Virus record (IMG/VR): IMGVR_UViG_3300037070_004496
Location: 1-30,993 of that record
Strand: one strand, 5' to 3'
Length of the DNA stretch: 30,993 nucleotides
Source of the DNA: a virus
Lineage: Duplodnaviria; Caudoviricetes
The translations under genes and the position numbers were made by a program. Positions 24,354-30,993 of the stretch are shown in pieces (position 1 is the first letter of the stretch; every line of letters starts with the position of its first letter). The notes beneath the pieces were generated by a model. The model made no database searches, was not told the origin of the DNA, and worked only from the letters and a program-made list of their open reading frames with translations.

Positions 24354-26588
24354 ATGGCGCAGGTAATCAAGGATAGGGTCCGGGAAGTCGCCTTCACCAC
24401 CGGCACCGGACCATTCTCGTTGTCCGGTGCCCCGCTCGGGGGGTACCAGCCGTTCAGTGCAGTCTGCGCCAACGGGGATACCGTCTACTACTCGATCAGC
24501 GACCCGACCGGGGCCAAGTGGGAGGTGGGGCTCGGGACCTGGGGCACCCTCGGCATACTCACCCGGTCGGCCCCGGGGGTGCTCTCCGGAAGCAACGGAG
24601 TGGGGGTTCTGGTCAGCTTCGATTCGGGGACCAAGGACGTGGCGCTCGTGGTCCCGGCCACCATAATCGCCAGCCTTCCCAGCCTCGGGTCCGTCGTTCC
24701 GTCCAGGCTGGTCCGGTCGGACAGCTCGGGGCAGCTTGCGAGCAATAGTGCCATTACCACCGGAGCCATCCCGAAGTCGGTGGCGAGCGGAGCCAGCCTG
24801 GCTGCCTCCCTCATCAGCGACGACGGGACCAATGTGACGATAGGTGGCGGGCTCGTGCTGGGCAGTGGCGGACTCGTCGCGGCTGCCGATGGTGGACTCG
24901 TCATCGGGGTGAACGGGGGGAGGATCTCCCAGGAGACCGCTGGAACCCCCGACCAGAGCGGGCTCTGGACCGGGAGCGTAGGTAACGCCTGGATCATCGC
25001 GGAGGAGGCGGACAGGGCGTTCGACTTTGCCCATGCGGCCCAGGTGGACCCGACCCTGTTCATCCACTCCCATAACCAGAGCACGGCGCAGTGGATCAGT
25101 CTCTCGCACAGCGGGACGGGTGGGTTCATTCGGACCGGGGTCGGTGACATCAACACGCAGTCGCTTCTCAACGCCAACGCGGGCATCTACGTTTGGGCTC
25201 AGAGCGCCATCGTTGCGAACATCGGGCTCTACCTCGGAGACACGAGCGGCGCTTATGCGTCAATCGGGACGCGCACCGAGTCGTCGCCAGCTCAAGCTGG
25301 GCTTTGGACGGGCACGCTGTCGAACGCATGGCTCATCGCGGAGCACGCTGATCGCCAATTCAACTTCGCTCACCCACTCCAGGCCGACCCCAGTCTGTTC
25401 ATCCACTCCCACAACCAGAGCACTACGGAGTGGGTGAGCCTGGCCCACGACGGGACTCAGGCCCGCATCTCCACCGGGGTCGGACCGGTCACCTTCGATG
25501 ACAAGGTGCTCGGTAGCCAACCGGCCATCTCGTTCTCGCCGAGTGGACTCAGGCTTTACGCGAGCGCTTCACCGGCATTTGCGATTGGCAATTCGGTGAA
25601 CACCGGGTACCTGTTGGTGGCGGGCTCCAGCACCCTCATCCCAAGTGCTGCAACGTTCGGGTGGACATCCGGGTCCCTTTTCGGCACCGGTGCTGACACG
25701 GGTCTGGCTCGCGTCTCCGCTGGTGTTCTGAGAGTAACGAACGGTAGCACTGGGGACGGGATCATCCGTGTTGGGATAGGTACCGCAGCTATACCCTCGA
25801 TCTCCTTCACTGGAGACACCGGGACCGGGTTCTGGAACAGCCCGACCGGCAACATGTTCTTCACTTCGGGGGGCACGTCCCGGGTCGGCTTCTACGGTTC
25901 CAGAATCCAGCTCAATGCCGCTGGCGGCAGCTTCGAGTGGTCCTCGGGAGCTACCGATGCTGCCGGTCCAGACACGCGGCTCATGCGATCCTCTGCCGGT
26001 GTGGTATCGTTCAATACCGGAGCAGGTACTGCGGACGGCACCCTGATCGTCGGGGCCGGTACCAAGCCCGCGAACGCTATCGCAATCGGGGCTGTCAACA
26101 CTGGCTTCTACGTGCGCTCCGCAGCTTCGCTCGAAGCAGTCATGGCGGGCACTGCTGTCTTTGGGATGAGCGGCGCAGGGGTAGCGGTCAATTCCACTCT
26201 CTACATCGGCTGGTCGTCCAGCACTGTCGATATTGGCGCTACCGACACCCGTCTCGCCAAACACTCCACTGCCGTCATCAAGGGAACGGACGGTAGCGGC
26301 AACATCGTAGGTTTCATTGGTGGGGGTGCAGCGGTCGCATCCGCCACCGCGCTGCCCCTGCCCACGGGCCGTGTATTCCACGTTACCGGTACTACCACAG
26401 TAACCAGTATTACCTCAACCGGTTTCCAGGCCGGTGCCATCATCACGATCATCTTCGACGGGGCTCTCACCTTCACCGACGGCAGCAACCTGAAGCTGGC
26501 GGGGGATTTCGTCACCACTGCGGACGACACGATCACGCTCTGCTACGACGGGACCAACTGGTACGAGGTCTGCCGCTCCGTGAACTAG
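24354..26588 (+). CDS. Tail fibre / receptor-binding-like protein
   Basis: N-terminal DRVRE...TTGTG...WEVGLGT domain seen in phage tail proteins; G/S/T-rich shaft with internal repeats; PSISFTGDTGTGFW motif. Confidence 0.78.
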   Translation: MAQVIKDRVREVAFTTGTGPFSLSGAPLGGYQPFSAVCANGDTVYYSISDPTGAKWEVGLGTWGTLGILTRSAPGVLSGSNGVGVLVSFDSGTKDVALVVPATIIASLPSLGSVVPSRLVRSDSSGQLASNSAITTGAIPKSVASGASLAASLISDDGTNVTIGGGLVLGSGGLVAAADGGLVIGVNGGRISQETAGTPDQSGLWTGSVGNAWIIAEEADRAFDFAHAAQVDPTLFIHSHNQSTAQWISLSHSGTGGFIRTGVGDINTQSLLNANAGIYVWAQSAIVANIGLYLGDTSGAYASIGTRTESSPAQAGLWTGTLSNAWLIAEHADRQFNFAHPLQADPSLFIHSHNQSTTEWVSLAHDGTQARISTGVGPVTFDDKVLGSQPAISFSPSGLRLYASASPAFAIGNSVNTGYLLVAGSSTLIPSAATFGWTSGSLFGTGADTGLARVSAGVLRVTNGSTGDGIIRVGIGTAAIPSISFTGDTGTGFWNSPTGNMFFTSGGTSRVGFYGSRIQLNAAGGSFEWSSGATDAAGPDTRLMRSSAGVVSFNTGAGTADGTLIVGAGTKPANAIAIGAVNTGFYVRSAASLEAVMAGTAVFGMSGAGVAVNSTLYIGWSSSTVDIGATDTRLAKHSTAVIKGTDGSGNIVGFIGGGAAVASATALPLPTGRVFHVTGTTTVTSITSTGFQAGAIITIIFDGALTFTDGSNLKLAGDFVTTADDTITLCYDGTNWYEVCRSVN

Positions 26589-26600
26589 TAGGAGGATGTA

Positions 26601-26789
26601 ATGGTTAGTTTAGTCCTGACCCTGATGGTCGTAGGGGTCTTGCTCTGGCTCATCAACACGTACATCCCGATGGACGCGAAGATCAAGCAGATCCTGAATA
26701 TCGTGGTTGTCGTGGCGGTGGTGCTGTGGCTGCTGAGCGTGTTCGGGGTCCTGGGCGCGATCAATACGCCGATACCTCGGGTTCGCTGA
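26601..26789 (+). CDS. Small two-TM membrane protein (Thivi_2564-like)
   Basis: VVGVLLWLINTYIPMDAKIKQILNIVVVVAVVLWLLSVFG; AGGAGG RBS. Confidence 0.8.
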   Translation: MVSLVLTLMVVGVLLWLINTYIPMDAKIKQILNIVVVVAVVLWLLSVFGVLGAINTPIPRVR

Positions 26790-26792
26790 CCA

Positions 26793-27251
26793 GTGCTGGC
26801 CTTCACCCCAATTTCGGGAGCTGCCATCGCGGACTGGGGGGCCGCGCTGGTCCCCTATCCCCTGGTCCAGGACGAGAGTCCGCTACGCACCGTTACCCCG
26901 TACCCGCTGCCCCGAAAGGTAACCCCCTATAGGGCAGAGACAGGGAGCATCATCGTGAGCGCATTTGGCCCGAAGGATCTGCAATCGAACGAGGTGTTCA
27001 CCTTCGATTTCGTCAACCTGTTGGGGGGCCTCACGATCTCATCGGGGCTCGTGGAGATCGATCTCGTGAGCGGGGTGGACCCCGACCCGGACCTGATGCT
27101 GGCTGGGGACCCCGAAGTGGACGGGACCATGGTGCTCCAGCGGCTGATCGACGGGGAGGACGGGGCCGCGTACCATCTCCGTTGTCGGGCGCTGCTCAGC
27201 GACGGCAGCGTCATCACCATCGGGGCCGAGCTGGACGTGCGGGAGTTCTGA
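26793..27251 (+). CDS. Fibre-tail adaptor-like structural protein
   Basis: KD...FTFDF...SGVDP...VLQRLIDGEDGAAYHLRC pattern; start uncertain. Confidence 0.65.
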   Translation: MLAFTPISGAAIADWGAALVPYPLVQDESPLRTVTPYPLPRKVTPYRAETGSIIVSAFGPKDLQSNEVFTFDFVNLLGGLTISSGLVEIDLVSGVDPDPDLMLAGDPEVDGTMVLQRLIDGEDGAAYHLRCRALLSDGSVITIGAELDVREF

Positions 27252-30200
27252 ATGCCCGAAGTGCTCCAGAAGTACAAGGACTGGCAAAGCGATTGGGAGG
27301 AGGACCAGGCTCCCGACGACGTGCTCCTGCGCTCGGACAACGTGGTGGCCGACGCGCAAGGTGCCAGGATACTGCGGCCGGGCACCCGAAAGCTGGGCTC
27401 GGCCCTGGCTGGCCCCATCCAGGACGTGTTCACCCACCAGCTCGCGGGCGGGAAGCAGCGGATGGTGGCCGCGGGTAACAAGTTTTACGTCAACGGGAGC
27501 GAGAAGGCCACCCTGGCGGACCCCACGAAGGACCCTGCACGGGACGCCTTCATGGACTCCATGTTCATTGCGAGGGGCGGGGACAAGTACCGCTGGGACG
27601 GGACCACGCTCCGGTCCTGGGGCATCATCGCCCCGAGCCCGCCCGTGGTGGATGGTGCCGGGGTAAAGAGCGGTAGCATCAGCACCTTCGATGCAGCGGA
27701 GACCCCGGCCTGGCTCGCCAAAGAGGGGACCATTGCGAACTGCAATGACAGCGAGGGCAATGGCAACGAGGCCAAGCAGGTCGCCCTGGCCAAGACGTTC
27801 CGGTCCACGATCATGCGGACCATCGCCAGCGGCTACTGGAACTACTCCACGCCTAACAACTACCAGGAGGATTCGGCCGACCTAATTGGCTTCTCCATCT
27901 ACATCTCCGATGCAGCCAATGCGAAGGATGTAACGCTCATGTTCGGGATGACGGCAGGGGCCGACCCCTTCAAGACGGACCGGTACGAGTTCGCTCTTGG
28001 GATCAACGGGGTCCCGCTCCAGGACATTCCGGGGGCCATGCCCAGCATCGGGAACAAGCTGTCCCTGTTCGCGGTCCCGATGGGGTACAAGTACGATGCC
28101 GCTGCCAAGGCGAAGACGACTACGGTACAGACCGTTACCGACCCCAGCATCAAGCCGGGCTCCACGGGCGACGAGGGCTGGAACACCATCGCCATCCCCC
28201 GTGGCGCGTTCAAGCGGGTCGGGGCCAATGCCGGGCTCGGGTGGAGCACGATCCGTGCGGTGAAGCTGGTATTCCAGGCGAAGAAGGCCGGTGGTATCGT
28301 CCGTTACGATGACCTGCGGATCATCTCTGGTGGAACGTCCTTCTTCGGCACGTACCGGATCAGGCTCCGCAGGGCTCGGGACGCCAACGGCTGGGTCGAG
28401 CTGTCGCCCGCATCATCCGAGTCCGCTTCCGTCTTCCTCTCTCTCCAGAACGCCACGGCGGTGATCCCGTCCAGCGAGCTGGTAGGGTCCACGAACGCTC
28501 TCACCGGCTGGACCGACTACTGGGTCTACATGCAGGGCGGCGCTCTCGACCAGTACTACAAGGTGGGCGAGTTCTCCGCGCTCGGGGCCGGTGACGGCAT
28601 GCGGATCGATGAGTTCAGTCGCACCAGCTCGAACACGCCCGGCCTCAGCAAGCGGGAGCGGACCCGGTTCGTGGACGTGGGGTTCAGCGGACCAGGGTTG
28701 CCCGTCGAGGGAAACCCCACCGATGGCCTCGTCGCCACCATCGCAGGTAACGAAGCGGACATCCTGATCCGGAACCAGTACCTCGACAACTTCGAGGTGC
28801 CGGACGGGAACATGATCGACTGCGACAACTTCCTGAGCCGGATGCTGGAGCTGACCGCAACCCACCTGAAGTACTCGCCGATAGGTATGCCCAGCGTCTT
28901 CTACACCGACTTTGCCATCGAGGTGGGGAGCCCGAGCGAGGTGCCCTACTGGATCAGGCGCACCCGGAACGCGCTGTTCGTGGGCACCAGCAAGGACATC
29001 ATCCGGGTGAGCGGGACTGGTCAGGTGGACGGGACCACTGGGCTGGTTGACTTCACCGCAGCTCGCCTGAACCTGGGCAAGCCCCCGATCGGACCCGATG
29101 TAACCGTTGATGGCAACACCATCTTCTACCGGGCCGAGGAAGGCTGGATGCTGTTCGACGGGGAGACGGCGGTGCCCCTGGACAAGGGTAACAACACGTT
29201 ACTGTGGCGGGGCTTCACCCGGCAGGGCATACTGCCCGTCGCTATCGGGGGCCGACACCGGGCTGCGGTGAACGACGGGTTCTTCTACAGCATCACCCCG
29301 CACGGGACCTTCAGCGGCGGGAGCACGGCCGAGAGCCGGGACATCGGCATGCGGCTGGACGAATTCTCGGCCCGACCGGACAACAGCTTCAGTGCAGCGG
29401 AGCGGTCCCGTTGGGTCAACGTGGGCTTCACCATCCCCAGCGGGGGCGACAGCAACGTGATTTGGCGCAACCGGATCGGGACCGCGCAGTGGGACCGGAT
29501 GGTGATGCCCGTGGCCATGAGGGCGATCTTCGTGGAGCCCGATGGCACCCTGGTCGCAGGAGGTGTGGACGGTTACGTCTACAGCCTACTCCACCCGGAT
29601 CGGGCCGATCACACCGAGGCCCAAGCCGGACAAGGGGTGAACCTGGACACACCCATCTTGGTAACGCTCCACACCCCTGCGATCATGCCTAACATGTTCG
29701 GGCGCTGTGATCTGAACGAGGTGCAAGCCTACGTAAAGAGCGATAGCGGGTGCTCGCCCGTGCTGGGCGGCGGCGGCCTGTACGTGGACGGGCAGCTGCG
29801 TGAATCGTTCGGCCTGTGTGGGCCGGGCGGCTTCGGCTTCTACCGTCGCCAGTTCCTGGACACGATCTTCCGCTCCGCTCAGCTGAAGTTCTCCGTGACT
29901 GCTCGCCAGTACAGCCTGAAGGGCATCCGCCTGAACTACCAGCTGCGGCCCCCGAGCCAGGTGTGCTACGACTCCGGTCTCATCCTGCCCACGAAGGACA
30001 ACGACCTGGTGGCCCTGGACGAATTCCGGATGCTGTCCCGGCTGTTCGCTCCCTGCTACGTGCGCCTGTACCTGAACGACGAGATCCTGGGACAGGACCA
30101 GCTCATCACCCCGGAGGACAGTGGCCTTCGTCCCTATAAGGCGCGTTACCCCCGAAACGCGAAGGGGTACGCGACCCGCGTCGTGGTCTATTCGGGTGTC

Positions 30201-30311
30201 GCGGAGTCCACTGCGGACAACCACGCGATGGAGATGTACTGGGCCGAGATCGCGTTCACGATCAGCGGCAACGAGGACGACAACACGCACCAAAAGAGCC
30301 TGCCCCTATGA
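27252..30311 (+). CDS. Large tail structural protein (tail tubular B / nozzle / stabilization-protein-like)
   Basis: 1019 aa beta-rich; LRPGTRKL near the N-terminus, YRWDGTTLRSWGIIAP, LKYS and LFVGT propeller-like motifs; position after adaptors. Confidence 0.7.
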   Translation: MPEVLQKYKDWQSDWEEDQAPDDVLLRSDNVVADAQGARILRPGTRKLGSALAGPIQDVFTHQLAGGKQRMVAAGNKFYVNGSEKATLADPTKDPARDAFMDSMFIARGGDKYRWDGTTLRSWGIIAPSPPVVDGAGVKSGSISTFDAAETPAWLAKEGTIANCNDSEGNGNEAKQVALAKTFRSTIMRTIASGYWNYSTPNNYQEDSADLIGFSIYISDAANAKDVTLMFGMTAGADPFKTDRYEFALGINGVPLQDIPGAMPSIGNKLSLFAVPMGYKYDAAAKAKTTTVQTVTDPSIKPGSTGDEGWNTIAIPRGAFKRVGANAGLGWSTIRAVKLVFQAKKAGGIVRYDDLRIISGGTSFFGTYRIRLRRARDANGWVELSPASSESASVFLSLQNATAVIPSSELVGSTNALTGWTDYWVYMQGGALDQYYKVGEFSALGAGDGMRIDEFSRTSSNTPGLSKRERTRFVDVGFSGPGLPVEGNPTDGLVATIAGNEADILIRNQYLDNFEVPDGNMIDCDNFLSRMLELTATHLKYSPIGMPSVFYTDFAIEVGSPSEVPYWIRRTRNALFVGTSKDIIRVSGTGQVDGTTGLVDFTAARLNLGKPPIGPDVTVDGNTIFYRAEEGWMLFDGETAVPLDKGNNTLLWRGFTRQGILPVAIGGRHRAAVNDGFFYSITPHGTFSGGSTAESRDIGMRLDEFSARPDNSFSAAERSRWVNVGFTIPSGGDSNVIWRNRIGTAQWDRMVMPVAMRAIFVEPDGTLVAGGVDGYVYSLLHPDRADHTEAQAGQGVNLDTPILVTLHTPAIMPNMFGRCDLNEVQAYVKSDSGCSPVLGGGGLYVDGQLRESFGLCGPGGFGFYRRQFLDTIFRSAQLKFSVTARQYSLKGIRLNYQLRPPSQVCYDSGLILPTKDNDLVALDEFRMLSRLFAPCYVRLYLNDEILGQDQLITPEDSGLRPYKARYPRNAKGYATRVVVYSGVAESTADNHAMEMYWAEIAFTISGNEDDNTHQKSLPL

Positions 30312-30993
30312 CCCGACAGATGCCAGCCAAGCTGGAGCTAATCAGCATCCAGACCGCGATCCGCAACATCTGGGCCGAGCTGGATGGTAAGGTAGGTTAC
30401 AAGGCCGGGGGCCGCCAGGTCACCAACGCGCACCCCGCAACCACCGGCTCCGGGCTCGTCACCCTGTCCCAGCTCACCGATCTGCTGGGGAAGAAGAAGG
30501 AGATCGCGGGCGGCGGATTCGAGTACCTGTTTCATCGGTTCGAGGCGTACTTGGTCGGGGAGTCGCCGCCCCTCATCCCCACCCCCAGTGGTGTCTGCTG
30601 GTTCGACACGATCATGTCCGGAGACAACTTCGATGAGGTGGCCTTCACCAACGCCTTGACCTGTGAGCGGGCCGGACGTTACCTCTATTACATCATGGTG
30701 ACCCTGTACCCCAACAACGATCCCAGCGTGCTCGGGGACTACGTTGCGATGGTCGTCAACGAGGATGGTGTGCCGGTCATGGAGGGCGGCACCGAAACGG
30801 AGCACTGGAGGCGTTACTTCCCGGTGACAGCCGGGAACGGGGTGGTCCAGGCCCACTTCTGTGGGGTCCTCGACATGGAGGAGGGTGGTACGATCACCCT
30901 GCCCATAGGGTGCAATAGCCCGTCCACCGACTACAACCAGGTGTCGGGGTACAACCACAACAGGGCGATCCTGGTTGACCTGACGAGGAGCAT
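30308..30993 (+). CDS. Putative tail protein with a C1q/TNF-like beta domain (partial; not in the ORF track)
   Basis: ATGA-coupled start; open to the window end: MTRQMPAKLELISIQTAIRNIWAEL...FDTIMSGDNFD...TCERAGRYLYYIMVT...GVLDMEEGGTITL. Confidence 0.7.
   Translation, partial: MTRQMPAKLELISIQTAIRNIWAELDGKVGYKAGGRQVTNAHPATTGSGLVTLSQLTDLLGKKKEIAGGGFEYLFHRFEAYLVGESPPLIPTPSGVCWFDTIMSGDNFDEVAFTNALTCERAGRYLYYIMVTLYPNNDPSVLGDYVAMVVNEDGVPVMEGGTETEHWRRYFPVTAGNGVVQAHFCGVLDMEEGGTITLPIGCNSPSTDYNQVSGYNHNRAILVDLTRS

Larger units (their letters stand above)
23..30400. repeat. Dispersed palindromic motif GTAAC-N4-GTTAC (core GTA-N8-TAC)
   Basis: Exact GTAA-N6-TTAC found by eye at 6339, 7957, 9798, 9879, 10151, 10580, 10661, 10725, 11744, 12473, 13216, 13501, 16253, 17028, 19878, 21231, 23734, 26400, 27475 and 30387, plus many one-mismatch copies. 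Confidence 0.9.

Noticed and set aside
26601-26789. Holin call for the two-TM protein
   Set aside because: No endolysin nearby in the window, so the function is left unassigned.
263-28307. Calling the motif NtcA boxes of a cyanophage
   Set aside because: It shares only the GTA-N8-TAC core, is far too dense and mostly intragenic, and nothing else in the window points to a cyanobacterial host.
1-30993. tRNA/rRNA genes, integrase, transposase, reverse transcriptase or stop-codon recoding
   Set aside because: None recognised by eye; genes read through normally in the standard code, and TAA, TAG and TGA all serve as stops.

Overview
The window is a ~31 kb piece of a GC-rich dsDNA tailed phage (or prophage), probably podovirus-like, with two divergent arms. 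The left arm (<1-9769, minus strand) is an early/accessory region: DUF932, many small Zn-finger and membrane ORFs, an HExxH peptidase, a Cro/C1 HTH protein, a basic Cys-motif protein and a truncated DinG/XPD-type Fe-S helicase that the ORF track missed. A ~1.3 kb non-coding, repeat- and hairpin-rich control region (9770-11058) follows. The right arm (11059->30993, plus strand) is the morphogenesis region: terminase large subunit, portal, scaffold, major capsid, decoration protein, an inserted radical SAM/lipoprotein/glycosyltransferase cassette, adaptors, tail fibre and a tail tubular/nozzle-like protein. The strongest unexplained signal is a dispersed palindromic motif, consensus GTAAC-N4-GTTAC (GTA-N8-TAC core, plus a 1-bp-longer variant). 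It recurs dozens of times across the window, is written into coding genes through unusual synonymous codons, and overlaps several sigma70-like promoters and gene junctions. All counts were made by eye, and product calls rest on motifs and synteny, not database searches.
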